Below, piece by piece: positions 1-14,432 of a stretch of DNA of 64,000 bases (its first letter is position 1; every line of letters starts with the position of its first letter). A program made the translations under genes and the position numbers. The notes beneath the pieces are model-generated. The model was not told where the DNA came from and made no database searches. It was given only the letters and a program-made list of their open reading frames with translations. Source of the DNA: Botryllus schlosseri (taxonomy: Eukaryota); assembly GCA_051294905.1 (NCBI GenBank), contig CM119371.1:33296001-33360000 (forward strand). The letters are read 5' to 3'.

Positions 1-539
1 AATGTAGTCGCATTGAATCGCGCGCAGCGCGAAGAAAATTTCAAGATTAATTAAAATCTTTCAAGAAATTGGAAGTCAATTCGTAAATTCGAAGTGCATG
101 TCTACGGCCGCCAACACATACTAATTGAATTGCGTGTCTACGACCGCACAAATTCCCTCTTATGGCCGCAGGTTGGCCACCCTTGGACTAAAGCAAAGGG
201 AACACTGAAATACGTCTACTTGTATCGCCGGTAATGCCATTGTATTCAACCGGACAAGCATCGTATTTTCGCCAATTTCATTGCTCGCAAATAATGGTGT
301 TGCGACTCGCTAGAATGAAAAACCCCTACGATCCGTGTATTATCTATATATGCTTGATAATAAAGTATTCCAGCGAGAAGCAATGGCACGAGGCAACAAT
401 ATGGATTCCGTTGACTGGTCCGGACCGCGAGCGATTTCATGACTTCGATCCGGCCCGCGATGCAATTTGAGTTTGACACCCCTGAACTAGGCCTTATCAC
501 TCAGGGTTGATGGGATGTATGGAATTGTTTTTTCACCAC

Positions 540-945
540 CAGTCACAAGAAGAACAACATAATGAAATAACAACACATATTCAAAAGTCAATTTATTTAA
601 TGCGATGGCAGCATTTGTTTATTTTCCACTAGCTTGTCGATGCGTGGTATACGTTTGCTTACAGCGCATCGAAAGTCATGTATGGGCGCAACAAGTCGGT
701 TTCGTTTCTTCGACTTGATAGTCATCAGGGATGAAAATCCTTGCTCGCGCATTCCCACGTATATGGGAAAATTAGCAGCTGATGGGGAATAGCGTGAGGC
801 GACGGCTTCAAAAAAACTCAAAATCAACCTCACCTGAACTAGTAACTCCGTTCGGTCGAAAAAAAAAACAGAATCCACTCGCGTACCACCTGGAGGACCT
901 TCGCGTACCACTAGTGGTACGCGTACCACAGGTTGGGAACCACTG
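540..945 (-). mobile_element. hAT (Buster/Charlie-type) deletion derivative with transposase C-terminal remnant
   Basis: ORF 597..929 ends in EQGFSSLMTIKSKKRNRL...LPSH, typical of a Buster-type C-terminus. Terminal GGTTGGGAACCACTG ends at 945. The other end was not resolved. Confidence 0.6.
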
Positions 946-1359
946 CTCTATCGCGATGACGTAATCAGCGGCGGCCGTGAGTAATGCTTATAACGAGGAC
1001 TTTCCAGTCGCGGTGCGCTCGAGTGCGTAAATGTATCAAACTCAGTAATGTTTTGTTTAAACGCCGTAATTGATATGTAAGATCCGTCGAAACTGATGTT
1101 TTAGTCATCATCAAATATCGCGGTTAGGCGTATCTAATTTTGGTTGGCCTTGCAAATTTACCTGATGTTATAACTAATTTCGAGAATATAACCTCGCAGA
1201 CCACACAAAACCTCCTCGCGGTCCACATTTGGCCTGCAGGACGTGGTTCGGCCGCCCCTGCTCTGTACCGTTACTAATAACAGTGATTAATGCTACATAA
1301 AAATCTTATTATAGTTATTATCAGTAATTTGAGGATACCTTTGAAAGCAATTGATTTCA

Positions 1360-1538
1360 CACAAGTACATCACACGCGCGTCAACGAAGAACAACTACCA
1401 TATGATCAGGACTGAACAAAAGAAAACGCATTGCTCTATCAAGTATGCCGGACCAGCAGCTCGCCGGCCATCCGACAGTCGTCGAGCATGTCCGCATTCA
1501 AGTTGAAATACAATCAATTTCTTCTAAATCAATACTAG
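1360..1538 (+). mobile_element. 3' end of a CR1/L2-like LINE ORF2 (fragment)
   Basis: Translates in pieces to SIKYAGP and IRQSSSMSAFKLKYNQFLLNQY*, resembling CR1/L2-clade ORF2 C-termini. Confidence 0.5.
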
Positions 1539-1583
1539 CCAGTCTTCAGGATTACCGGACTACGACCATCAACAGCAGACGAG

Positions 1584-2567
1584 GTGAAACGTACCATACA
1601 TACTCTTAAATCTGCTAAAGCAACGGGACATGATCAAGTACCAAATAACCTCCTTAAGATAATTGCAGGCCCACTGAGTGTTCCATTATCATATTACTTT
1701 AACAAATCACTTGAACTCGGATGCTTTCCGAACTCTCTCAAAATACGTAAAATAACCCATGTCTACAAAGGAGGTTCAAGGTTCACGACAAACAACTATA
1801 GGCCTATTTCAGTTCTACCTAGTCTAGCAATTGTATTTGAGAAACTTTTACAAAGTAGGCTCATTAGTTTTTTATCCAAATACAAAATAATCAGCAATCA
1901 CCAATATGGTTTTCGGGATCAACATTCTACTATTCACGCCATTCTTGAAATAATGACAGGATACTATGATGTACAATCAGCCAACAGTTATGGTGTGGCT
2001 ATCTCGCTTGACCTCAAAAAGGCATTTGATACCGTCGACCATTCATTACTAATTGATAAGCTAGAATGTTATGGTGTACGTGGTACTGCTCTCGAAATAT
2101 TTCGTAATTATCTTACTGACCGACAACAATATACAGTCATCGGTCTAGAGAAATCTGACTATCGTGCTGTCTCCTGCGGTATACCACAGGGGTCAGTTTT
2201 GGGGCCAACTTTGTTCCTATTGTATATTAATGATATAACTGCCTGTTCACAATTCGCCACTACCCTTTTTGCAGATGACACCCACTTACTGCTATCCTCA
2301 TCCAATCGTCAAAATCTGTTGATATCAACTGATAACCAACTTGAACTTATCAGCAACTGGCCCACATGTAACAAATTGTCCATTAATGCTAGTAAGAGCC
2401 AAGTATTACCCATAGGCAAAGAAAAAAGGAGAACAGAACTCTCCAATACTAATCACAAATTAATGATGGCTGGTCAAGTGATGTGCTTTAGCAAACTCCG
2501 ACTCCGACTCCAGTCAGTATTTTTTCCACGACTCCAACTCCAGTCACTACAGTTTTCGCGACTTTGA
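1584..2567 (+). mobile_element. Non-LTR retrotransposon (CR1/L2-type) reverse transcriptase fragment, truncated at both ends
   Basis: Motifs NYRPISVLP, QYGFR, DLKKAFDTVDH, GIPQGSVLGPTLFLLYINDI and FADDT. Similarity ends at about 2480, where GACTCC repeats of a MITE end begin. Confidence 0.92.
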
Positions 2568-2601
2568 CTCTGACTCCACCGACTCCGACTCCACGGACCT
2601 G
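2490..2601. repeat. MITE terminus with (GACTCC)n subterminal repeats
   Basis: Repeated ACTCCG/ACTCCA hexamers ending in GGACCTG; interrupts the LINE RT. Confidence 0.5.
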
Positions 2602-5175
2602 CTTACAAGAGAATTCATTTTGCTGTTAGAGTCTTATAATTCCCCAGCATAAACGGCCGACTCAGCCGATGCTTAAACCATTCAAGACTTCGATTATATA
2701 CAACGACGGGAGCTTAATAAATCAGACAAAGTAGTGTCATTGCTAAGCTTTATATCTGTATTCAATGATGATGCATCCCTTCCGAAACGAGCCATTCGTA
2801 CGCCACTTGCATAAGCGCCTTCGCAATATTTGTCCTCGTGTTTTGTGATTTCCCTCGGTCAAAACAGACATGTTGGCTATGGCGGTTTCCTTCACAATAA
2901 GCCAGTCAGTCATGCTTTAAAAGTTTATCTGAAGCAGCTGTCGTTTATTCATCATCATGTATTTCGTAACACAACATGTCCTGAATTCATCTTAAATCAT
3001 TATCTGCCCACCAACCTACAATGCGCTTATAAAATCACCGCCGCTAACGGACTACTTTATCAACTAATCAGCAAGCATTCGCCATCATGATTATTGAAGC
3101 ATAGCCGATTAGCCATTTGAGAACCGTGATTTCGTGATTACTAGTCTTGTCGCCACTCCATGGTCGCTGACACGCCCAGACCCTCGTTGGGTCTGGTGGG
3201 GGGGGGGGGTTAACACCGTATGGGGCCCAACACTAACGTTTTTGAGTGGTGTGAAGTGCTGTGTCATTCATGGACGTATTCAAATTGCGGTGTACTAAAA
3301 CGTTCAGCTGCGCACAATATTCTAGAGAAATCCATGGCCGATTTGGATCAACATAAATACACAAATCAACAGATAACAGAGTGTATACTAGGGGTCTTTA
3401 ACGCGGTGCCCGTGGGCGCAAGGGGGCCCTTCAGGACTAAATGATTCGACTGCGGTCGCAACAGCAAATTCAACATTCAAATGAGAACTTTGAGGGTTGA
3501 AGTTTAAAGGTGTTTCATATGAAAAGCACTTCAAAATGGGTCAGCCGACCATATGAAATAGCCTATGCGATCAGGGCGCTGGTCGTATCCGCTCTCGAGG
3601 AGGCTTATCGGGCATCTAGTGAATACTCCCGGCGCGGAGATTGACTCGTCGGCTCTGGTGCGGCAATGCGATTATACTCGGAGACGCTGGTATGAGTTGC
3701 GAGGATATAGTTACATCATTTCTTGATTAGGAGCGGAGTGCTCTGAATATCTTATGACGAAGTCCAACCTATCACGAATAACGGTGGAAGTAACTGGCTG
3801 CCTTTTCCACTAAGGCCAATAGACATTGCTTCACAGTGGCGAGATAGGACAGTGGTATAATCCGCGGCTGCAACACCAATGGCTTGCGGGTTCTAGTCCG
3901 ACCGAGGTCTACTTCAGAATTTCCTATCTCTAAGTGTTGGAGGTTAACTCCTCGCCACCTCATCCGCGTGAGCGGTGTCCTAAAAAAACCATGGTATAAG
4001 TCGGCAGTTACGGAATGAAAATGAAGATTATCGGCCTGGCGTAAATAACCATAGCAGTCGACAAACACCATGAATATCGGAAAACAAGCAACAAACAAAC
4101 GCAGGTTTGCACTGAAGGCGAAAGCTGTGTTTATATTTGTTATAATTCTGAGCACACCAATACGCTTCACTTCGTTAGGAAACCAGTTATTTTCATTATT
4201 GTCCAATTTTAATGAAATGTCTTATAGATGGATAGTTATGCTCGTTATGACCATACGAAACAACTTTCAATGCGAAGTTTCGTAATGAAACATACATCTA
4301 TGTTTTGTTATTTGTAAATTGCTTTTATATTACTCCCGATGCCGTGATGTGATGAATATTAAATTTAATTGGATTTGTAAATACATTTGCATTTGCTCAA
4401 TAACGTCAAGGGAGAAACTGCTGGTAACGAATAGTATGATCAGATTTGACCACGAACAAATCCTGGTGATCTAGTGACCTTTACCCAAAGTAGCATAAGA
4501 AATCGGCTGTATATTTTTCGAATGATTCATTTGTCGACAGAAGACTGCGTGTGAATTTGCATACAGTGTCGGGCATTGCCTTATAAATTCGAAGTTTGCA
4601 TAAGTGTTCCGTACTAGACTGAGATAGGTAGTGTATATTTACGAATGAACGATCGCAGGTCACGCGTAAATGCATACGATTTACGGCAGCAGTGTGAACT
4701 TTAGCTTCGTCTCGTTTTGCTTCGCTTATCTTCCACTCCGTGTAAATTGGGCTTAAATCGTGTACGTAGCGCTCGATTAAATACTTAGTAGCTTTCTCCA
4801 CGGTTTCAGAAGAAAATGTTGTATCACTCAAATAAAAAAAATCCGGTAGAATTTTCAATGACTTTCAATAAATATATACCAAAATTGTAATGTGTAGGAG
4901 AAGCTATATTCTTTAGCATATATTTTTTAAGATAAAATATGCTTGAAATTTCTGCTCGAGACCTGAGCCTATTAAATCATCAAGATATGCGTTACCGCAA
5001 TCCTATAGTATACGAATACCAAGAAACAACAATGCTTGCTTCATCCGTAAAGTTGTCAAAAATTCATACATTCGGACTCATCATGCTGATGAATACATGC
5101 CAGTGCCACCATTCATATTTAATCTAGCTTAGAATACTGCAGAAATTTTCTAGCTCTACGAGTCTACATTATTAC

Positions 5176-6002
5176 TAGGGCGATTTTTCTACCTAAAAGA
5201 GGAAAGTTTTGACCCAAAACTGAATTTTGACTTAAATTTGACCTAACGCATGCAAGTTAGGTGTTTTCTCACGTTGTACCACTTATCTTCATTTCTGGTT
5301 GGAACTGGTTGTCCTAACGAAGTAGTATGGCCTGAAAAAACGTTTTTGGCTGAGAAGCAGACAAATTGTTACTTATATTTTAAAACTACTGTTTTAACGA
5401 AATCGGGCCATATGAAGAATTCCAGTAATTACAATACGTATTATGGTAGAAATAATTCAGATATGTCGTAGTACAACGAGAGATACTTTCCTACATTCTT
5501 GGGTAGAAAGTGCATATCCTTACTAAGAAGCTTGATAAGAATCGAGAAAGAACGTTCAGCAGCAGCAGTTGTTGGCAGACAACACTCAAGATGTGCGTGC
5601 ACTGCTGGTGACACACCGTGTTTCTGCATTCTGACAATGTTGTCTAAATCTAAATTTTTCATCATGCGCTTCTTGTAAGAATGATGCAATGCCTAAGAAG
5701 TGTTTCGTCAATTAGGATATTGCGGTACGTTGACCATAACCCCACGTCTACCTATTTGTCTTATTTGACTGTTTATGATTCACAATGAGCAGACAACGAT
5801 ACAACGATAGGCTTATAAAGTAGGCTACAAGCTGTAAAATAGCAAATGATAAGTTCACCGACAGTGGAAAATCTGCGATAGAAACGAAATGCATACGTCA
5901 AAAATGTTTTGACTTTGTGAACAATTTTGACAAATTTTGAACTAACGCTACAATTTTGACAATATATTGACAACTTTTGACCTGACAAGAAAAATCGCTG
6001 TT
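5176..6002 (-). mobile_element. hAT-like non-autonomous element (TAGGGCGA TIR), copy 1
   Basis: TSD ATTATTAC on both sides; TTTGAC subterminal repeats; remnant PTTAAAERSFS...LYY. Near-identical to 23454-24327. Confidence 0.8.
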
Positions 6003-7055
6003 ATTATTACTATTCATCAAAGCCAAGTATCCCCAACGCGATGTAATTTTGCCAAAACAAACTTCAATTTTCAAGCTTCTCCATAAGAACTCATAGTAAA
6101 CGTGCCCAGTGCTCCAATGTTGCTGCTTGTTGACATCATGCTGCAACCTGATTGGTTCGTGTCAAAGGTCACGTAAGTGTCTATTTGTAAATAGCAATTT
6201 CATGTTGACGGCCACCTACGAATACTTAATGATGTGCGTGTTAATGGCCAATTAATCAGACGTCTACGATGCTGAGTGGACTACTTTATATAAACATAAC
6301 ATGTCTTGACAGAGTTTCCAGACTTGGTATTCCACAAGAAATTCGGCCGATGGGGCAAATATTAAACGAACCCGAAGACTACTGGATCAACGTCCTACGG
6401 AGCGCATTACCTCGTGAACAAAGCATCTTGAGAAAGTATGACTTTCCTAATAGAAAACAGCTTCAATTTAGCGGATATTCGTCTTCGGGTATGAAAATGT
6501 CACTGGACGTCAATTGACTTTCAACTCTCTGACACTCCCATGTGTGCAATACCGTAACCGCTGCGATTTGATCGTTAATAATAGCGTCACGCCACTGTCC
6601 CCTCAAAATCGACAAGGGACATGGGAATCGACTTTTTTGCATATAATACCAATGTAATAACACTATGAAAGATGACACACAAGTTATTCTGTCCCGCCGA
6701 TCGTTTGACTCACAATGCTACAGTCACAAAGCAGTGAAACATTGCATTATGAGTTCTCAACTCGCGAGCTGGCGCTGTAGCATGAATTGTCAAAATGCAT
6801 CGGGCAACGAGTGATGTAGAGAAGTGGTCGTTAACGTACTGAGAGTCATCCCAAGTTCATTTTCGCTCTATTCAGTTCATCACCGTTTTAAATTAATCCC
6901 AAAACCATAGCCTACGGATATTTTTGTTCTAAATAGAAACATCTGTTTTTTGTTTTGGAGCACAGCATGCTATCCTGTGTCACAAGAAATCCATTGTGTA
7001 GCAATAATAACAAAAGAAAAACGAATGGTTAAGACAACAAGTCGTAACACTATAC

Positions 7056-7793
7056 TAGTGGTTCTCCACCGTGAGTCCACGAAACCTTCAAATATATAAA
7101 ATGGTTGATTACCTAACTTACCACATTATTTTAAATGATAGAAACCACTGAGCACTTTCGCTTCATAACTGCTAAAACTCCAGGACTCTCACAAACAGAA
7201 TGCCCGTGAAATGAAATATTTTAACGTGCTAACGCATTTTAGTTGCCAAATTGGCAATAGCCTACTGATACAAACATGTTGATGTTTAAAGATGTTTTGT
7301 CGGCGTTTTGGGAAAAATTGTTTGCAAAAATCCTTTTTCTCGTGTGATTTACATAACCGCTATTCCAGAATAACTTCAGGATGAGCTGCTAGATATAAAT
7401 GCCTAGACTGGACGTTATATTGGTGTTATATGAGTTGCAATAATACCCAAAGGTGTCGTCTGAAGAGCGTTACGAGTTACTATTACATTCGCCACCACCT
7501 ATCTTCGTGGAAATGGATTTTTTGCACTCATTTATGTCCAATCGAAGTCGCGGATATTCAAAACACGTCCACGTTTTCCCGTAAATGCACGTACATAAGT
7601 CGCTTTGAAATAATAAAAGTCTTACCAATTTTAGTATGATCGTAATTTGACTATTTTGTTGCTGTTTATCACTAGCGTACAGTTAATACTTGCACAGTAA
7701 TAGAGCTAAATTGAAATCAAAACTGTGGGGGTCCACGGGGGTCCGTGACGGCCCAAAGGTGGTCCGCGAAGACAAAAAGGTTAGGAACCACTG
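7056..7793. mobile_element. hAT (Charlie-type) MITE
   Basis: Termini TAGTGGTTC...GAACCACTG; exact 8-bp TSD CACTATAC. Confidence 0.85.
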
Positions 7794-9757
7794 CACTATA
7801 CCTTTGAAAAGCAAAAGTGTAGTGACAGGGAAAATAATTCACGATGCTAATTTAGACTGACTTTTTATTATTCAAGACAGTGACGCGAGGTAAGGTTAAT
7901 GAATGGAGACAGATATTCATTAAGAATCATATTGGAGAATATATAAAACCTGAAAGGTTATCTGATTCCGTTGCTTTTGTTGCTCAATTGTTTCTTCTCA
8001 CATTAAGACTTTTCTCACGCAGGTTGCGTAAGAATGTACTAGCTTACACATGCAGTATCGAAGTCAGGTATGGAATATATATAGCAGGTACATGAGTAAC
8101 ATAAGGTGTTTCATTGCACATGGACAACCGCAACTTCACTATTCATACTCCCTGAAGGTTCGCGAAGTCGATTAATATATTTGAGCCTCTTCTGGTAATG
8201 CTCTAATGCTGTGGCATTGTCCGTAACAAAGTCGATTTCTCCGCTCTTATGCGATTTTGATGGGGTCGTGGTGCCCTGACATCAATAACATTGGTCGACA
8301 AATTTCGAAAAAAAAAATTGCGCCCAAAATTTTATTGATTGAATTAGACTAATTTTAGGTTGCTAATTCCGATTCTGCGCTCAACATTTCTCTATCGCGT
8401 CAGATTTTTTTCGTATGAATTTTTCTCATTTTAATGAACTATTCGAATTTCACTGGTCATCAAATTTCAAAAAAAAACATTTGCCCCAAGAATTCAAATG
8501 ATTGATTTAGGCTAATATCATGTTGCTGAATCCGGATATAGGTTCAGAATTGCTCTATCCCGTTAGGTTTTGGAATGTGTTTTTCTCATTTTCATAAATT
8601 ATTCAAATTTCGGCTTTCCTTAGTGACATTACGGTAAGCATACAAGAGCAACAGATCAAATAACGTTATTGAAATCATCTGTAATGATGAAACGCGGTTG
8701 TAGAACAGAATACCTGAGTTTTCGGTGAACTTGTAGAACAGAATAACTGCGTTTTCAGCGAACTTGAATCCAGTGGTTCTCTATCTTCTTTCAATCCGGG
8801 CCTCTTTTGTGGATGCAAGTATTTTCAGTTGGTAGCAGTTATCATCTTTATATACCACTCTTAGTTTAAACTATATTGTGATTGGTAGTTCCGTACCTAA
8901 TTTAGTTTTCTACATTATTTATCTTCATACATATGTACTGCATACATAATGTGTTTATGCATTCTGTGACAACACACTGCTCTCTCGTAAAACGTAAACG
9001 TAATACAATAAACATTGCATTGTTGGTATACTACGTAGAAGAGAATTGTTCACTACGGTACATGACACAAATAAGTGACCCGTTTAGCTTGTTTTGAAAC
9101 ATTAAAAGAAACAGGATGTCTGCTATTCCAAACAGAAAAGTGCTTATCATGATAACTTGATAATATTTATCATCATTAATCTCCGCATGTAGGCATACTC
9201 ATAATATTAATTTTTCTTCTCCACTTTCCATATACTGTCACATTTTATCAGAATCGAGGAAAGGTGTCTTTGAACTGTTTTTCTATTGGTTTATTGTCAT
9301 GATATAAAGGGCTTCTTTTAAATGCATTGTGGACATTATATGTATATATTATATTTATAGGCATTATAGACAACCAGATGAATGGAGACTGCTTACTAAC
9401 AGTTCAACACGAACCATGAAGTGCGTGTTACTTCCCAATAGAAATGTATACGCATAGGTTCTGGGACAGTCTCGACATAGGACATTCTGTGACCTACACC
9501 AAATACCATGCGTTCTATTTTGTAACAGAGCCAGAGATGGGCATTGGTTAATTTGTAGTTATGTTTTTAAATGGTTTGAGGCTTTTTGTTGGTGTTTTGC
9601 ATGAGAAAACGCCAGGTCTAAATACAAAACGCTTTATATTTTTGGTGGTTTTTGAATTGACGTAATATTTGACTATGAACTAGAGTTGGGTGAAGTGATC
9701 AGCGTTGCTACTCAAGTAGCACAAGTAACGCCTTACATTTTTACTCAATTACAAGTA

Positions 9758-12700
9758 CACTGTAAAAAATAAAAACCTCGATTTACCGCGAAATGTTTGG
9801 AAGCACGGTAGCCAGACATTTCGTGGTAATTTAACATTACCGTTAGTCAATGTAAATTGAACTTACATTCGTCCGGTAATCTCACTTTACACGCCAGACT
9901 GTAATGTTACAGTCACCTCCGGTATATCCAATCTACATATTATCCTGTATATTTGCCACTCAGGCTGTAATTTTACCGCCTACCTACATACATGCTGTCT
10001 GTGTAAATCAGGATTACATACCAGCTTGTAAATTCACGTGTACATCCCATACCTATCGCAAAACAACCTGATGCTAAAATATCGCAAAAGCTTCTTCACA
10101 GCCCCAAAACGAGATTGGAACAAACTGTATATTCATTCATGATTCACGATGAGAAGATTATCGATGGAAAAGTATTGCTGCTGGAGGTCTAATTCTTCTT
10201 TAGGAGACATGCAGTAACACGAGTGGTCTCCCACCATCGGCCAAACTTCCAATTGTTTCTCTTTCTCGTCCTCATTCCTTCTGTGTAGCTATCTTGCAGC
10301 TCTACTAAAAAGAATTCATGCGTAAGTCGCTATAATAAGCAAAGTTCCTAACCTAGACATGACATTATAAAGACTACTAAGACAAAGAGGGTAACAAAAA
10401 TATAACAATTTTTGAAGTACCGGTACTGATACATTGTGTGGTGACGGCTCTGCCTTTTACATGATATAGCACAGATTCATGACCTACATCACCATGCACT
10501 TTATTGCATGCTGTTATTTCTTGACCCCCGGTCAGGATTGTCCAGCGTATCGGTAGTGGAAATATATTGAAATCGCCCAAATGTACCATAAAAAAATTCT
10601 TTCCTGAGGAGCACACGATTCTGATTCCGGGTCAGATTTAGAAGGGCGCTACTATATTAAAATCGAAAAATTAAGTTATGTTGAATTGCGTGGAGCGCGA
10701 AGAAAATTTCAAGAATAATTAAAATCTCTAAAAACATTGGGAGTGAATTAGTAATTTCAATTTGCATGTCGACGGATGCTAACACATACTAATTGAATTT
10801 GGTGTTGGCGGCCGCACAAATTTCCATCTCCGGCAGCAGGTTGCCCATCCCTGATCTTATGTCTTACGCCATTGAATCCGTATTCCAGTCTTTAGCATTT
10901 TTGACAAATTTCCCCAAACTTGTTTGAAAATAGCAAAAAAACATTGGACAGGACATTAATTTGTTTCAAGGTAGGTTGCACTGAGACTAACCCTAATGAT
11001 GGTAGTGTATACAGAGAACAAGGCGTCGTTCTGTACTGCCATGCCCAATTTGATCAGTTTTGGAATTGAATTGAAGTAAATTGTGTTGATATAGGGTAGC
11101 TTAATTGAGGGCGAAACCGAGCAACCTATATTGCATCGAAGTCTGTCTTACGCAGTGCAGTTCGCCAGCTATTAACAACAGCTATCCAGCGCAACGAGCT
11201 TTAGGCTACTGCCAAAGCTATGAAGTAATGAATGACTTACACATGGGAATTCCTCTAAATCTTCAAAGAATATCACAAATTTGCTTAAATGAAGTTGAGC
11301 GCGACTGCTGGAGTTTGAATTTGGCGAGCTTTCATCTTCAACAATCGTCTTCTGAAAATGGTTGTGAAACACATGTTTAGTCAGAATTCATACAGACTTT
11401 GTCAATTTCTCGCGTTCCCCAGGTTGAGAACCACTGATCTTATGTATTGAAGCAAAAGGTTCCTCATTTGAGGTGGCATGTGTACCAAACAAATCTAGCA
11501 GTGGATGGAAACATGTCTATGCTATGGCCCAAAATGACATAAACATACCAACAGTTTCAACTACTCCGCGGCAGAGTATGTGGTGTCACAGGTTAGTACA
11601 GTGGTTCCCAACCGGTGTGCCGCGGCACACTAGTGTGCCAATTGGACTGCTGGGGTGTGCCGCGAGCAAATGCGCTAAACTGGGTCGAAGTATAACAAAA
11701 ATCCAAATTTTGAGTGTGTCATTGTAGGAGTCTCTATTGAATTTACTATATCAAGACACGCGATGTACAATTCGATGCAGTGAACAGATACAAGGATGTC
11801 GCGACGGCCATAGTAACGTTATCTCAATTAGGCATCCCCATCAGGTCATGGATTGGGTCTTTTTCTGGCTTTTTATTGTAAAGACGCTCTGATCACAGCA
11901 ACGTATAGGGTTGGAGAATCTTATAAATCTGCGACGCTTCTTAACGTGCTACTGCACGGCCATGAATGAAACTGGGGCCTCCGCCGTCAATGGGTGTGAT
12001 ACGCTAGTTTGCCCACATACAGTAGCATTTGGGACGGTGATAGATAGATAACTAGACTCGGGATATTGGACCGTGATGCTGAGGTGTGGCCGAAGGTGAC
12101 CTTTTACTTGTCACCCCATCAGAACCGGAGGCAGAACAGGGACGTGACGTAGTTGATGACCTTTTTCTGTTTCTATTTCTAGTCGTATTCTTGCCATGTC
12201 TTCGTTATCGATGATAATTTTATACCATGCCGATATAACATATTTTGATTCCTGAGATGCCAACTTATAGCAGGGTCCACTTTTTGTAAGATACTGCTTT
12301 TGCAGATCCGAGGACGAGTAGGAGCCAATATAAACCTCCAACACCTAGGAAGGCATCCCCACCATCGAGAAATGTATACTCATTTGGAAGTGAGGTTCAC
12401 GTTTACAAATTAGAATTGCCGACATAGCCATTCACATTGCGATTGTTACGTAGCGTGCCAGCATTGCAGGTAAAATGTAGGCTCAGGGCGCAACGTAATG
12501 TTGCAGGCAACAAATTTGAGAAGTAATGTTGATCAAATTATATCAGTTAACACATTTCACCGGTCCTGCGGTTTATCATCCCGGTTTGTTGGAACTGCAA
12601 TTGAACAGCAGCTGGCTGCCAGTAAGACTCTTGACTGAGGTATTGCTATCCTCACAGAAGCTATTACACGATCTGCATGGAAACGCGTTTGGCTTCCAAG

Positions 12701-14432
12701 TATAGACACCTCTATACGCGTCTGTATTTGTTAGTGACGATCGCGATTGGACTCTTCCATGCGACGGTTAATTACATCGACAACGAGGTAGTGGGCAGAC
12801 TTTGTTGTCAAGCCAATCTTATGAAATTAACCTCAGCCTGAAGTTTAAACGAGATCTCAGCAAGCAAGTTATGTGGCAACAGAGGTAATGGTTGATAACT
12901 CAAAACCTCACACGAATTGAGAGAAAGTCCTTATTCCTGCCTGCAATAAAATTGTGAAAAAAGAAGAATTGAAAACGATCCCCATGTCAAATTATACCAT
13001 TCGTAGACGTATTTGTGAAATGTCCGCAGAGATAAAAGAAAACTTAATTTATTCTTTGAAGCAGCGAAAAGCCTACTTGAGTACACCGAAAAGGCAGAAG
13101 TATACTTCGTCAGTGACCAGTGACCACCTATATAAGACTGTGGTTGCTGCTATACGCATTCTGGTAGTTTGCTTTTGCCGTAAGCCAAAAGAGTTCAGAA
13201 CCACTGTGCTAGTGTGCCGCGAACTCTTTTTCATTTTCAAATTGTGCCGCGAGGTCAAAAAGGTCGGGAACCACTGGGTTAGTATATAGGTCGACTAACA
13301 TCCCAAAATAGAACAGAGAATGCGGCGAATGAAATATTTCAATCATGAAATCAAAGTCATCCCGGTGGTGTGCACAGTCGTAGATATTCAAGGTAACGAA
13401 TACTATGTAGTACTGTACCTTTTACGATGCGTATCCCAATCAGCATTCCTAGGAATCATCAACGATCGTGTCCACTTTCTTCAAGCACAAGCTTCGCTCC
13501 GCCCTTTGCTCAAATCTCTATAATGGCCAGACGACGATACGCCACTCTAACGATTTCAAAATAAGTGGTATTCATCCGCTGACATGCCACCAATAATATT
13601 TACTGGCCACTGCGTTATAATGTTTGATTTAGGTCGTTTTTTTTTACAGAAACATTTATCATTACATCTAGTCCCTTTCTTTCCCATCTAATTGCGTATA
13701 AATTGATATTTATTCCATGTGATGTCACTACTTACCGTACTTACGTAACCAGACGCTGCTTGTGATGTCACAGTGGTGCGTTGGTTGTTTACTACGAATC
13801 TCAAAAAAATCAGTAACGCGTAACGGTAACCTAATGTAAGCTATTACAGGTCGCCTTGTTCGCCATTAACAACTGGTCAACTTAGCATGCGGCGCTGATA
13901 TTTCTAGTTTCCCGAACAATATTATACATCCTAAACTGATATTCCAACTCATCAGTCCTATCCGTGACAACGAATGTAACCAGCGAGACCGGCCGATAGC
14001 CACAGCCTTATAATATAATATAGTGGCTATATCTACGATTGTCAGTTGTTTCTTTTACCCTACTACGTACTATACTGAAATTGGTACTAGGGCCAACAAT
14101 TTCCGTATGACAGACCCCAGTCTCGCGAACGAGGTTGAATCAGGTCAAATCACCACAAGAATGATATCAGTAACATTCAGTTCCACGTATACATTGGCTG
14201 CAGAGATTTTCAAGCTAATCAATTTTGTCACTAGCCTGGTAAACTTCAGAAACGAGTAACTGTCAGTAATTTTGCGAAGAAATTCTGGTAACTTGACTTC
14301 AGAGCGAAATCGAGGTAATATTACATATCAAAATGTAGAATTACAAGCTACGCACAGTTATTGGCAGCTACCGGTAATTCGTTGCAAAATTTACGGAGAT
14401 TTCCCAGTAAATCTACCAGATTTTTTACAGTG
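9758..14432. mobile_element. CMC/EnSpm-like non-autonomous element (CACTG TIR, TA TSD)
   Basis: Termini CACTGTAAAAAAT...ATTTTTTACAGTG flanked by TA. The paralogous Chapaev3 copy has the empty site CAAGTAGAAGTA at about 31058. Confidence 0.85.
11599..13276 (+). mobile_element. hAT Buster-type deletion derivative nested in the CACTG element
   Basis: Termini CAGTGGTTCCC...GGGAACCACTG; exact TSD GGTTAGTA; remnant LKTIPMSNYTIRRRICEMSAEIKENL (Buster/SCAND3/ZBED8-like). Confidence 0.85.

Noticed and set aside
3772..4206. 144-aa minus-strand ORF
   Set aside because: No recognisable domain or splice context.
4481..4858. 125-aa ORF faintly like a hAT dimerisation domain (KLRIYKAMPDTVC)
   Set aside because: The key ERSFS motif is absent and no termini were found; too weak to call.
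6269..6517. EDYWINVL resembling a Penelope GIY-YIG C-terminus
   Set aside because: A single short motif with no upstream GIY-YIG or RT evidence.
11800..12760. Possible LINE remnant on the minus strand inside the Buster derivative (VLEVYIGS, PIDGGG)
   Set aside because: Only two weak motifs; needs a translated homology search.
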